Positions 21,227 to 30,910 of a stretch of DNA of 64,000 bases are shown in pieces. How positions within the stretch are numbered: position 1 is the stretch's first letter; each line of letters begins with the position of its first letter. The translations under genes were made by a program, and so were the position numbers. The stretch spans positions 1 to 64,000 of the forward strand of contig JBCBZT010000040.1 in the NCBI GenBank assembly GCA_039815185.1, given 5' to 3'. This stretch comes from Cyanobacteria bacterium P01_A01_bin.123. GTDB lineage: Bacteria > Cyanobacteriota > Cyanobacteriia > Phormidesmidales > Phormidesmidaceae. Below the pieces are notes generated by a model. The model was not told the DNA's origin. It saw only the letters and a list, made by a program, of their open reading frames with translations, and did no database searches.

Positions 21227-21619
21227 TTATTGGCGATCGCTTTTCATACCCGCAGCAGCCGGATCAAAGTCTTTAGGAAAATGGGTTTCTACTGGGTCAT
21301 AATCAGCCTCAGCCAACGTTGTTCCAGCTAAATTTGCTTCGCGCAAATCAGTACCAATCAGCATCGCACCGCGCAAATTGGCTGATGTCAAATTGGCCCC
21401 GCGCAAGACTGCATAGCTGAGGTCAACGCCGCGTAGATTCGCCTGACTCAGATCAGCCTCTGCAAAATCAGCGTAGCTCAAGTCAGCACCCTTCAAGTCG
21501 GCTGCGCTCAGGCTTGCCGTGGTGAGTGCGACACCTGAGAAATCCCGTCGCCCTTTGGCATAGGCCTGCAGTAGTGCATCAACAGTTTCAATACCAGCGG
21601 TCGAGTTTGAATATGACAT
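21227..21619 (-). CDS. Pentapeptide repeat protein
   Basis: A(D/N)L repeats after YAKGRRDF. Confidence 0.9.
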   Translation of the reverse strand: MSYSNSTAGIETVDALLQAYAKGRRDFSGVALTTASLSAADLKGADLSYADFAEADLSQANLRGVDLSYAVLRGANLTSANLRGAMLIGTDLREANLAGTTLAEADYDPVETHFPKDFDPAAAGMKSDRQ

Positions 21620-21736
21620 ACTTGCCCCCTTAAAGAAACAGAACGCCTCTATACACTTTATGGCAATAGCCATTCAAGCTACATAAAATCAACCTGATCG
21701 TGAGTCGGTAAGCCCAACGACGTTCAACTTAAACGA

Positions 21737-22792
21737 TCAGTTATGGGTTAAGGTGGCAAGCTCATGAGGGGCGATCGCGCCTCGTTCAGTGACGATAGCC
21801 GTGATTAACTCAGCTGGGGTGACATCTGAAGAGGGATTGTAAAATTCTGCTCCGGCTGGGCTGGTAATGGTCTCCCCAATCTGATAGATATCGGCAGCAG
21901 CGTTTTCTTGAATAGCCACTTTGAAGCCATCTGGCAGGGACATATCTACCGTGGACAAAGGTGCTGCTACAAAGAAAGGAACGCTATGGGCTTTGGCCGC
22001 GAGGGCTAAGCTGTAGGTGCCAATTTTATTCACGGTGTCGCCGTTTGCGGCAATGCGATCGGCTCCGACTAAAACGGCATCAATCAATCCCTGCTTCATG
22101 CAGTGGGCCGCCATGCTATCGGTCACAATCGTTACAGGAATGCTTTCTTGAATACATTCCCAAGCCGTGAGACGAGATCCCTGTAACCTGGGCCGGGTTT
22201 CGCCAGCATAGACCCGATCTAACCGCTCATGCTGCCAGGCAGAACGGACAACCCCAAGGGAAGTGCCATAACCAGAGGTGGCCAGCGCACCATGGTTGCA
22301 GTGGGTGTAGAGTCGTAGTTTAGCTGGGGTCTCCGGTAGCGCCTCTAAGCCATGCTTGCCAATGGCATAACAAGTTTTCAAGTCGTCCGCTTGGAGCTTT
22401 TGAGCAGTCGCGAGTAGGGTTTGCCGAATGTCTTCAACCGTACCCGGGGTGCGCTGAGCTGTGGTCAACATATTGTCTACCGCCCAGCTGAGGTTGGCTT
22501 TGTCTGGGCGGGTGTCTTTGAGTTGTTCGGCGACCGCTTCCAATCGTTCTAAAAAAGCATCGCGATCGCTAATTTGGATTTCCCTTGCCCCTAAATAAAC
22601 CCCGTAGGCCGCTGCTACACCAATGGCTGGCGCACCGCGCACGATCAACGAGTTAATCGCCGTCACCATGTCATCGCAGCGACTAATAGAAACTAGGGTG
22701 TAGTTTTGGGGCAGTTGGTTTTGATTAATCAGCCAGACATGCTCGTCTCGCCATAAAACGGGATAAACGTGGGTAGTAGAATCCTCTATCAT
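21737..22792 (-). CDS. mtnA: S-methyl-5-thioribose-1-phosphate isomerase-like protein (eIF2B/MtnA family, divergent)
   Basis: [39 protein letters not shown] and DVTP motifs. Confidence 0.8.
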   Translation of the reverse strand: MIEDSTTHVYPVLWRDEHVWLINQNQLPQNYTLVSISRCDDMVTAINSLIVRGAPAIGVAAAYGVYLGAREIQISDRDAFLERLEAVAEQLKDTRPDKANLSWAVDNMLTTAQRTPGTVEDIRQTLLATAQKLQADDLKTCYAIGKHGLEALPETPAKLRLYTHCNHGALATSGYGTSLGVVRSAWQHERLDRVYAGETRPRLQGSRLTAWECIQESIPVTIVTDSMAAHCMKQGLIDAVLVGADRIAANGDTVNKIGTYSLALAAKAHSVPFFVAAPLSTVDMSLPDGFKVAIQENAAADIYQIGETITSPAGAEFYNPSSDVTPAELITAIVTERGAIAPHELATLTHN

Positions 22793-22914
22793 GGGTCGCG
22801 ATCGCAGGATAAATAACAGCATTGATCAACGTTACCGCCATTCTTAACTTGCGCCAATTGACTGTCGAGGAAGTTTACTGAATCTAATCTAAGTTATTCT
22901 CACCTAAGCTATTC

Positions 22915-23994
22915 TCACCCTTCCCCTTCAATCCGCATTGCTGATTGATCAGTACTAAACCAATGCAGTCGATGCCTGGGCAAGGCCAGGTGGATGTCCG
23001 CTTGATTCCAACTGGCATCGCTGGGCAGCAATGCCCGCAGGGTAATGTCCTGGGTGCCCTGAACCTGTACGCTGATTAAATAGCCCAGGCCTAGGTTTTC
23101 AACTAAAAAGACCCGACCCCGCACTGTCATCACATCGTCGGTTTGGGCGATGCGAATATGTTCTGGACGGATCCCCAATTGGATCTCACCAAAGGTAGAG
23201 GCATTGCAGGGCATGGGAATTTTGAACTCCCCCATTAAGGCATGGTTGTTTTGGCAGGGGAGTGTCCACAGGTTCATCTGGGGACTGCCAATAAACCCGG
23301 CAACAAATTTGTTGGTCGGGGTGTTGTAGATATTATTGGGGGTATCAAGCTGTTGCAGATAGCCGTCATAGAGCACGGCTACCTGGCTGGAGAGCGTCAT
23401 CGCCTCAGTTTGGTCATGGGTGACATACACCACGGGAGACTTTTGCGCCGCAAAGATCTGCTTCAGTTCAGCTCGGACCTGCTCCCGCAATAAAGCGTCT
23501 AGGTTACTTAAGGGTTCATCGAGCAAAAATACATCGGGACTACGCACTAGCGCCCGCCCCAAAGCCACCCGCTGCCGCTGTCCCCCTGAGAGCTTCGCAG
23601 GGCGGCGATCTAATAGCTGATCAATGCTGAGTAGCCGCGACGTTTCCTGCACCCGCTTTTGCACTTCTCCGGCGGGAATGTCTCGTAGCTTCAACCCCGA
23701 AGCTAGGTTCTCGTATACGGTCATGTGGGGATAAAGGGCGTAAGACTGAAACACCATAGCAACATTGCGATCGCCTGGCGGCAGAGGATTCATATTCCAC
23801 CCACCGATCATCACATGACCTTCGGTGGGTGGCTCTAAACCTGCAATTAACCGCAAAATTGTTGATTTACCGCACCCAGAGGGGCCTACCAGGGTCAGGA
23901 ACTCGCCGTCTTTAACGCTTAAGCTGAGCCTTTTCACAGGCATGATGTCTGAGCTGTAGGATTTAGTTAAGTTCCTGAGTTCTAAGGTTGGCAT
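22915..23994 (-). CDS. Sugar ABC transporter ATP-binding protein (MalK/CUT1)
   Basis: GPSGCGKS, LSGGQRQR, LDEPLSNLD and YVTHDQ motifs; TOBE tail. Confidence 0.95.
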   Translation of the reverse strand: MPTLELRNLTKSYSSDIMPVKRLSLSVKDGEFLTLVGPSGCGKSTILRLIAGLEPPTEGHVMIGGWNMNPLPPGDRNVAMVFQSYALYPHMTVYENLASGLKLRDIPAGEVQKRVQETSRLLSIDQLLDRRPAKLSGGQRQRVALGRALVRSPDVFLLDEPLSNLDALLREQVRAELKQIFAAQKSPVVYVTHDQTEAMTLSSQVAVLYDGYLQQLDTPNNIYNTPTNKFVAGFIGSPQMNLWTLPCQNNHALMGEFKIPMPCNASTFGEIQLGIRPEHIRIAQTDDVMTVRGRVFLVENLGLGYLISVQVQGTQDITLRALLPSDASWNQADIHLALPRHRLHWFSTDQSAMRIEGEG

Positions 23995-23998
23995 GGGT

Positions 23999-24892
23999 TT
24001 AGCCTTTGACTGATCCAGCGGTTAAGCCTTGGACAATTTTGCGTTGGCAGAACAGGACTAATAAAACCAGGGGTAATGTTCCAAGCACTGTTGCAGCAGC
24101 TAGGGGGCCGTGGGGGACTTCGAAGGTGGTGGTGCTACCCAGTTGGGCGGCGGCGACTGGAATGGTTTTCATGGCGTCGCGGGTGATGAAGCTGAGGGCA
24201 AAGATATATTCGTTCCAGGCGAAGATGAAGGTCAAAATGCCGGTAGTAATTAGGGCTGGTAGGGTTGTGGGGAGCACGATCTGCCACAGCATTTGTAGGG
24301 TAGTGTAGCCATCGATTTTGGCTGAATCTTCGAGCTCTCTGGGTAACTGCTGAAAGAAGCTCCGCATCACCAAAATGGTCAGGGGTAGGTTAATGGCGGT
24401 GTAGGGGATGATCAACGCCAGGTAGTTATTGGCTAATCCCGTTAACTGCACCAGTTCGAGCAGTCCCAAAAACAGCAAAATATAGGGAAATAGGGTGACG
24501 ACTAATACCCCAGTCAATACCACCTGTTCTCCAGGAATTTTAAGTCGGGCTAGGGCATAGGCGGCTGGGGAACCAATGCCGATGCACAGTAGGGTAGAAA
24601 TCACTGCTACTAAAGCACTGTTGATGATGTAGACATAAAACCGATCTTTGATCAGGAGTTTGAGGTAGTGATCTAGGGTAAGTTGGGCCCACGCCGGCAG
24701 ATAAATAACCTGATCTGCCGTAATTGCCGCTGTGGTTTTAATCGAGGTTAACAGCTCCCACAGGGGTGGCCCCAGGCTAAAGAAAAAGATAAAAATCACA
24801 CCGACCCAGAGCAAAAGTCGCATCCAGGAAACCCGGCTATACGTGTGCGGAGTCGGGGGGGATAAGGGGGTAGGCGGTTGGATTCGGGTCAT
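23999..24892 (-). CDS. Carbohydrate ABC permease (MalG type)
   Basis: ELEDSAKIDG EAA loop, FIFAWNEY and C-terminal GSVKG. Confidence 0.93.
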   Translation of the reverse strand: MTRIQPPTPLSPPTPHTYSRVSWMRLLLWVGVIFIFFFSLGPPLWELLTSIKTTAAITADQVIYLPAWAQLTLDHYLKLLIKDRFYVYIINSALVAVISTLLCIGIGSPAAYALARLKIPGEQVVLTGVLVVTLFPYILLFLGLLELVQLTGLANNYLALIIPYTAINLPLTILVMRSFFQQLPRELEDSAKIDGYTTLQMLWQIVLPTTLPALITTGILTFIFAWNEYIFALSFITRDAMKTIPVAAAQLGSTTTFEVPHGPLAAATVLGTLPLVLLVLFCQRKIVQGLTAGSVKG

Positions 24893-25803
24893 GGCTGCTC
24901 AAACCCTGTAGCGTTACGGACTTTAGCCAGGTAATAGCCTGCGATCGCGACGACAATAATCAAAATCAAAAAGGTCATCACCACTAATGCGGCCCCGTAG
25001 CCAAAGTCAAGGTAACGCATCACCGTCGCGTAGACATACAGGGAGATCATCTCCGTTGCCCCCCCGGGGCCACCCCCGGTCATCACCTGAATCAGGTCAA
25101 AAATGCCGAAAGCTTGGGCAAAGCGAAACAACATGGCAATCACAATCTGCGGCATTAGCAGCGGCAGCGTAATCTGCCGGAAACTTTGCCAAGGGCCAGC
25201 CCCATCAATCGCGTGGGCTTCATATAGATCTTGGGGAATAGACTGGAGCCCCGCTAGCAGCAAAATCGCCACAAATGACGTGGTCTTCCAAACATCTGCA
25301 GCCATCACCGCCAGCATGGCGGCTGTCGGTTCCCCCAGCCAGTTGACTGGGGTCTGAATCAGATGCAGCCCGTTCAGCAAAATGTCGTTCCAGACGCCAA
25401 ATTGATCGTTAAAAATCCAGCGCCAAACTAGCGCAATCAGGGCAGTGGGTAAAGCCCAAGGTAAAATCGCGACGGTGCGAATGGTACCTCGACCGCGAAA
25501 GGATTGGTTAAGCACTAGGGCGATGACCATGCCTAGAATCAACTCGGCCACTAAAGACACCCCCGTAAAGATAGCCGTATTCCAAATGCTGCTCCAAAAG
25601 CGCCCATCTAAAGCCATGCGGACATAATTGTCGAGCCCAGTGAACGCCGGCATGAGATTTGTGCTGAGGTTTTGGGTGAACAGACTCAGCGCAAAGGCCC
25701 GCAAAATTGGATAGGCATAGACCAGCGCTAAAACCAGCACGGCAGGTAAGGTCAACAACCAACCCGTCCGAATTTCTCGACTACGGATTGTCCTTTGGGG
25801 CAT
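24889..25803 (-). CDS. Carbohydrate ABC permease (MalF type)
   Basis: LAGLQSIP.DLYEAH.IDGA and TGGGPG motifs. Confidence 0.93.
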   Translation of the reverse strand: MPQRTIRSREIRTGWLLTLPAVLVLALVYAYPILRAFALSLFTQNLSTNLMPAFTGLDNYVRMALDGRFWSSIWNTAIFTGVSLVAELILGMVIALVLNQSFRGRGTIRTVAILPWALPTALIALVWRWIFNDQFGVWNDILLNGLHLIQTPVNWLGEPTAAMLAVMAADVWKTTSFVAILLLAGLQSIPQDLYEAHAIDGAGPWQSFRQITLPLLMPQIVIAMLFRFAQAFGIFDLIQVMTGGGPGGATEMISLYVYATVMRYLDFGYGAALVVMTFLILIIVVAIAGYYLAKVRNATGFEQP

Positions 25804-25835
25804 GGTAGATCTCCTGGCTAAATCTGCGCTTGGGC

Positions 25836-27212
25836 CTAGTTTGGCACTTGTGCGGCAACCTGATCTGCAACTTGATCTAGGGAAAGCTCAGGGCCTAGCA
25901 AGCGACGGGTCTCCCCGGCTGCCGCTTTAAGCGCATCTAAAGGCCTCATTTGATTGGTAATCACGGCACTCAAATAGCGCTGTAGAATATCGGATGCTTG
26001 GGCATACTGCCCGACCGGCGGACGGGGCACAGTTTGTTCTGCCACCTGCAGGAGTTCGCGGTAATGCGGATATTTGGCCAACACATCAGGGTCGGTAAAT
26101 AAGGCTCGACGACTGGGAACGTAGGCATATGCCATCACAAACTGCTTCTGAGCCGCTTCACTGGTGAAATACTCAACCACTCGCCAGGCAGCCTCAGGGT
26201 TGGATGCTGTTTTTGAGATCCCCAATCCCCAGCCTCCTAGCGTAGCTGCGGGTTGTTTGCCCTCAGCGTGAACCATGGGTTTGAGTTGAATCTTGCCCTG
26301 TACCTGAGACTCCGCCTTGTTCGCTTCGGCCCAGACATAGGGCCAGTTGCGTAAAAAGACAGCATCGCCATTTTTAAATGGGCGTAGGGCATCTTCTTCC
26401 ACGTAGTTGGTGACCCCAGCAGGCGTAATCCCCTCGTCGATCGTGCGTTTGAGAAACATCACAGCTTCAACGGCTTCGGGGTAATCCAGACCCACTTCAT
26501 TAGTCTCAGGGTCGACCCAAAAGCCGCCGTTACCGGCTAAGACTTCTAAGTAGTCGCAAATCAACCCTTCATACTGGGCTCCTTGCCACGTAAAGCCCCA
26601 TTTCACATCGGTTTCGGTCTGGGCTTGCTTAGCCGCGTCAATTAATTCGTCAAAAGTGTTAGGCGGCTCCAACCCCAACTGGTTCAAAATATCTTCGCGG
26701 TAATACAACATACCCATATCAGAACGGAAGGGGATCCGGTAAAGACCGTCTTGGTAGGTGCTTGCTTGGATGTCTGCTGCTAAGAAAGCGGTCAGGTCAA
26801 CCTGCGCAGCATAGTCCGATAGGTCAATCAGCCACCCCGCAGCGGCAAGTTTGGCAACCCAGATCACATCGGCATAGACCAGGTCGTAGGGAGAGTCGCC
26901 CAACAAAAAAGAGGTGGTGTAGAGGTTTTCTACGTCATTGGTAGCGTTTGGCCCCCGCATCAACTGGACATCAATATCCGGGTTCTCGGCTTCAAAGGCG
27001 GCTTCAAGCAGCGTTAACTGTTCGGCTTCGACGGCTCGAACCAGCAAACTGATAGGCGTACGTGACGATTGGCCCACAGTCGTCAGTCCCGCCAGGGATA
27101 TGACAAAAAAAGCCATCAGGGCGATCGAGCCCCATTGCCACCGCGATCGCAGTCGAGGGACATAACGCCTTGATTTGAGCCATTGAGCGAGTTGCGTCTG
27201 CAATGCCATCAT
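25836..27212 (-). CDS. Sugar ABC substrate-binding protein (trehalose/maltose-like SBP_bac_1)
   Basis: DVIW, QGAQYEGL, FLRNWPY and TLGGWGL motifs; operon context. Confidence 0.88.
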   Translation of the reverse strand: MMALQTQLAQWLKSRRYVPRLRSRWQWGSIALMAFFVISLAGLTTVGQSSRTPISLLVRAVEAEQLTLLEAAFEAENPDIDVQLMRGPNATNDVENLYTTSFLLGDSPYDLVYADVIWVAKLAAAGWLIDLSDYAAQVDLTAFLAADIQASTYQDGLYRIPFRSDMGMLYYREDILNQLGLEPPNTFDELIDAAKQAQTETDVKWGFTWQGAQYEGLICDYLEVLAGNGGFWVDPETNEVGLDYPEAVEAVMFLKRTIDEGITPAGVTNYVEEDALRPFKNGDAVFLRNWPYVWAEANKAESQVQGKIQLKPMVHAEGKQPAATLGGWGLGISKTASNPEAAWRVVEYFTSEAAQKQFVMAYAYVPSRRALFTDPDVLAKYPHYRELLQVAEQTVPRPPVGQYAQASDILQRYLSAVITNQMRPLDALKAAAGETRRLLGPELSLDQVADQVAAQVPN

Positions 27213-27293
27213 CTGTTTTTGGAAATTGCCAACCCTGGAAAAATCACCGTAGTTCCGATGTATTTCGTGACTAAAAGTTAGGTCAACACAGGT

Positions 27294-28952
27294 TCACGAT
27301 TCGGATAGGACGCAGATGGGCAACGTCACAATAAATTCGGCACCCTGACCAGCCTCTGACACAACTTCAATGTGCCCAAAATGTTTCTGAATAATTTGAT
27401 AACAAATCCCTAAACCGAGCCCAGTCCCCTTGCCCACAGCTTTGGTCGTAAAGAAGGGGTCAAAGATCTTTTGCTTCATTTTAGCCGTGATGCCAGCACC
27501 CGTATCCCGAAAAGACACTTGCACTTGCCCATCGGCAATCGCCCGAGTTGTAATCGTCAGTTTTTTGGGCTCGCAGTTAACCTCATCCATCGCATCAATG
27601 GCATTGGCCACGATATTGGTAAACACCTGGTTTAACTGCGCGGGATAACAGCGTACAAGCGGTAATTCACCATACGCTTTAGCGACTTCAACGTTCTGGT
27701 TGAGGCGATGGTGCAAGATCAGTAGGGTGCTCTCTAGGCCCTCATGAATATCAACATCTTTGATCGCAGATTCGTCTAGCCGTGAAAAATTGCGTAATGC
27801 AATCACGATGTCTTTGACCCGTTTAGACCCAATTTCAATGGAGTTGATAACCTTGTGGGTGTCTTCTAAAAGAAACTCCAAATCAATGTCTTCGATCGTT
27901 TCTGCAATGGCTGGGGTGGGCGTATACGACACCTGATACTTTTGTACCAGGTTGCATAGATCATCAAAATAACCCCTGAGGTGGAACGCATTCCCCTGAA
28001 TAAAGCCCACCGGGTTATTAATTTCGTGCGCAATCCCAGCAACCATTTGGCCCAAGCTAGACATCTTTTCCGTTTGGATCAGCTGTAGTTGAGTTTCCTT
28101 GAGCTCTTGTACAGCCGATTCAAGTTCTTGGGTGCGTTCTTGAACCCGCTGATCTAACGTTTGGGCAGCCAATTCAAGTTCATGGGTGTAATACCCCGAC
28201 CACTCAATTAGTTGGTTGAGCGATCGCGCCAGTGTCCCCAACTCATCTTGAGTCACCGCAGCAACTCGGACCCCAAAATTAGCTTCTTGAGACACCTGAT
28301 TAGCCGCTTCGGCTAGGCCTCGAATCGGCCGCGCAATGCGATCGCCCACCCAATAACCGACGAAGGCGGCAATCCCAATTCCTAAAAGAGAGATTCCCCC
28401 CACAGTCGTCCGGATCGTCAGTAGAGAGGCTGCAAACGTAGCGCGATCGCGCAAGACTAAGATAGTCACTTGTTCCCCGTTGGCACTTTCTAGGGGCAGG
28501 CTTGCCTGAAAGTAACGATTTTTGCCAATTTTAATCGTGGCTGGGTTATTCGGCTGGACGTTTTCTAAATCGGCTGTTGAGACGTCGGCAAAGCTGTGGG
28601 CAACAACTGCATCTTCGCTGAGGGCAACTAGCTCTACTTCGAGCTTTTCGGCAACTTTAGATAAAAGCTGACTGCTGAGTTGCTTTTGCAATCGCAATTC
28701 ATTCACACTATTTTGACTGGACTTGAGCTGAAACAGTTCTTGCTCAAAGTTTTCAGCCACGAGTACAGTCAGCCCCTCAAGGCGCTCTGTCTGCTCAATT
28801 CGGAGCTTTCTAGAGGAGTAATACCCCAGAAACGACGTGCCAGATAACCACAGAATCGTGAAGGAAACGACGAAAGGGACTGTGATTTTAGCCCGGATCT
28901 TTAGCCTTGAATACAGTGAAAGCAGTTGCTTGAGAACCATGGAGGAGTACAA
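27294..28952 (-). CDS. Membrane sensor histidine kinase (2TM-HAMP-HisKA-HATPase)
   Basis: DELG HAMP; AGIAHEINNP H-box; N-box; DTGAG; FDPFFTTK; GTGLGL. Confidence 0.95.
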   Translation of the reverse strand: MYSSMVLKQLLSLYSRLKIRAKITVPFVVSFTILWLSGTSFLGYYSSRKLRIEQTERLEGLTVLVAENFEQELFQLKSSQNSVNELRLQKQLSSQLLSKVAEKLEVELVALSEDAVVAHSFADVSTADLENVQPNNPATIKIGKNRYFQASLPLESANGEQVTILVLRDRATFAASLLTIRTTVGGISLLGIGIAAFVGYWVGDRIARPIRGLAEAANQVSQEANFGVRVAAVTQDELGTLARSLNQLIEWSGYYTHELELAAQTLDQRVQERTQELESAVQELKETQLQLIQTEKMSSLGQMVAGIAHEINNPVGFIQGNAFHLRGYFDDLCNLVQKYQVSYTPTPAIAETIEDIDLEFLLEDTHKVINSIEIGSKRVKDIVIALRNFSRLDESAIKDVDIHEGLESTLLILHHRLNQNVEVAKAYGELPLVRCYPAQLNQVFTNIVANAIDAMDEVNCEPKKLTITTRAIADGQVQVSFRDTGAGITAKMKQKIFDPFFTTKAVGKGTGLGLGICYQIIQKHFGHIEVVSEAGQGAEFIVTLPICVLSES

Positions 28953-29375
28953 CTTTCAACAAGATAGTTAATCGAGCAATATTCTCAAACCTGCTACTGA
29001 TTCAAGGCTAACCTATGTAATCTCAAAGGCTATAGCACTATAAATCCTGCTGCATTGCTGTGACAATACCTACAGGAATGATTGATCTAACCCTAGTGCA
29101 GCTCAGAATTGGGAGTTTCCCTGTAGACAAAACGCCAAGCCTGGACTTGGGCAAGGTCTATATTATTGCGTCGATTCTACTTAAAGCGTGATCGAACGGT
29201 CTCTAGGAAATTTTACTTAAATCCAAAGTTGATCTGCACTCAAAAGATACTGAGCTTAACCTAAGTTTGCGGCTATCCTCTCCAATCGCTCAAGGCTAGA
29301 AAAGCTGACCAGGCTTCATCATCGATTGTTTTAGCCATGAGATCGCGATCGCTGAGGGCAGAAAACTGAGCGGCT

Positions 29376-30134
29376 CTAATCGCAAAATTGGCCCCAGTAT
29401 TGCCCCAGCGCCTCTTGAGCTATTTTGGCATCCATCTGATCATCCCCCAACCAAACCACATGTCTCAAGAATTGGCAGGCGGCCTTGGATTGAGCTTCAT
29501 CCAACAGATCAAAATATTGCTGTTTCCAATCCTTTGAACTCTTATAGGTAAAGAAGCTGTAAATTGTGGAATCAACCGTGTTTGACTCGGTAGTGTCGTA
29601 GTGCTTCAGCACCCAAATCATATAGGCCGGGAGATAGTACCGAAATCCCTTGGGATCGACAAAATTGAGAATTTCATAGAACTCGGCAATCCATTCATCT
29701 GGCACTTCCCACCAATGGGTATCGGTGTCGAGCAGACGAGCCTGGGCTTCTTCTTCAGGGCTCCCATAGTCGTCAATGACTCGGGCTTGGTGAAGCGAAA
29801 CACCATCCTCCCGCAGGACGTTTGAAAATGCGTCCGTAATCGTTTGAATCAAGGCTGTTTTACGGTCTTCTTCTTGATAATCTATGGTTTTCCAGCCTGG
29901 AGGTCTCGTTTCTTCAGCAGTTGGCGATCGCACATCATCACGCCAGTCAGGCTCACAAGCTCCCAAACTAAGGAAGTTCCGCTGCGCTTGCCTCACTGAC
30001 ATCTGGTTAGAGCTCCATTCCCACTCGTCAGGGGCATCTTCCCAAAAACAGACGGGGCAAATTTCCCAGGTGCCAGGGGGCGGTTGGGTCAGGGTCTGAT
30101 AGCCGCAACAGCGACATGGGTAACGAGCAGTCAT
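29376..30134 (-). CDS. CPCC-family cysteine-rich domain fused to a DUF6714-like domain
   Basis: CRCCG...ICPVCFWED...SNQMSVRQAQRNF; then DGVSLHQA...DDY...FVDPKGFRYYLPAYM. Confidence 0.7.
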   Translation of the reverse strand: MTARYPCRCCGYQTLTQPPPGTWEICPVCFWEDAPDEWEWSSNQMSVRQAQRNFLSLGACEPDWRDDVRSPTAEETRPPGWKTIDYQEEDRKTALIQTITDAFSNVLREDGVSLHQARVIDDYGSPEEEAQARLLDTDTHWWEVPDEWIAEFYEILNFVDPKGFRYYLPAYMIWVLKHYDTTESNTVDSTIYSFFTYKSSKDWKQQYFDLLDEAQSKAACQFLRHVVWLGDDQMDAKIAQEALGQYWGQFCD

Positions 30135-30362
30135 GCCTAAATCGAATCGTGACGATGCTATTGACTACAAAAAAACGAGCGCGATCGCGCATTCTCAGGT
30201 TGCAATAGACGAAGCAATGTAGCGATTGTCGAGACAACGGTACTATGGAAGCGTGGTGTTTGCAGAACTGATTAGACAAAGGCTGCAGGCCAGTTGGCGA
30301 CTAAGACAGGGGCAGCGGATCACTTCAGGCTGTACGTTGATTGGGCTAGGGGCTTACGCTGC

Positions 30363-30390
30363 GGTGACTGATCAGAGGTAACTGATCAGA
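30363..30390. repeat. 14-bp tandem repeat with palindromic core CTGATCAG (possible operator)
   Basis: GGTGACTGATCAGA followed by GGTAACTGATCAGA, 35 bp upstream of the 30425 ORF. Confidence 0.4.
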
Positions 30391-30424
30391 AGTAATGCAG
30401 ATTGTTTAACTCAAAGGATTCTGT

Positions 30425-30775
30425 ATGTCAGAGATTCAAAAGTTTGTGGTTAAGGATAACGGCGAGGAGTACGAGTTCTATATTGAACCGGGGGCACTTG
30501 CAGCCGTCGAAACGGATGAAGAGGGTGACTACCGCGACATCAGTTTGCCTACGATTGATATGAAAAAGGTGCACCAAACCATTCGCGGTTATGCCAGGTA
30601 TGCCGTGGGTGCTTTTATTAACTTTGGTTTGGCTGAAATTGAAGAAATGAACCTAGAGTTCAACCTTAAGATTTCTGGAAAGGCGGGTATGCCGATTTTG
30701 GCTGAAGGATCTGCTAAAGGATCTTTCAAGGTTCAGGTCAAGTGTAAGTTCCCTGACAATGCAGCGAAGGGATAA
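30425..30775 (+). CDS. Trypco1/CU044_2847-like protease co-occurring small protein
   Basis: 116 aa; acidic N-terminus; C-terminal alternating beta-hairpin EMNLEFNLKISGKAGMPILAEGSAKGSFKVQVKCKF; directly upstream of a caspase. Confidence 0.65.
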   Translation: MSEIQKFVVKDNGEEYEFYIEPGALAAVETDEEGDYRDISLPTIDMKKVHQTIRGYARYAVGAFINFGLAEIEEMNLEFNLKISGKAGMPILAEGSAKGSFKVQVKCKFPDNAAKG

Positions 30776-30910
30776 AGTCTTGGGTTGCCCAGTTTAAGAT
30801 GGGTCCACTTGATACCCCAACCCCACTCCATTGAAAAACTTGTTTGCAGTTTAAGGAAAAGCTGTGGGTTCGGGTGTGGCTAAGGCTTAGATTGTTTCAA
30901 CATCAGGGTC

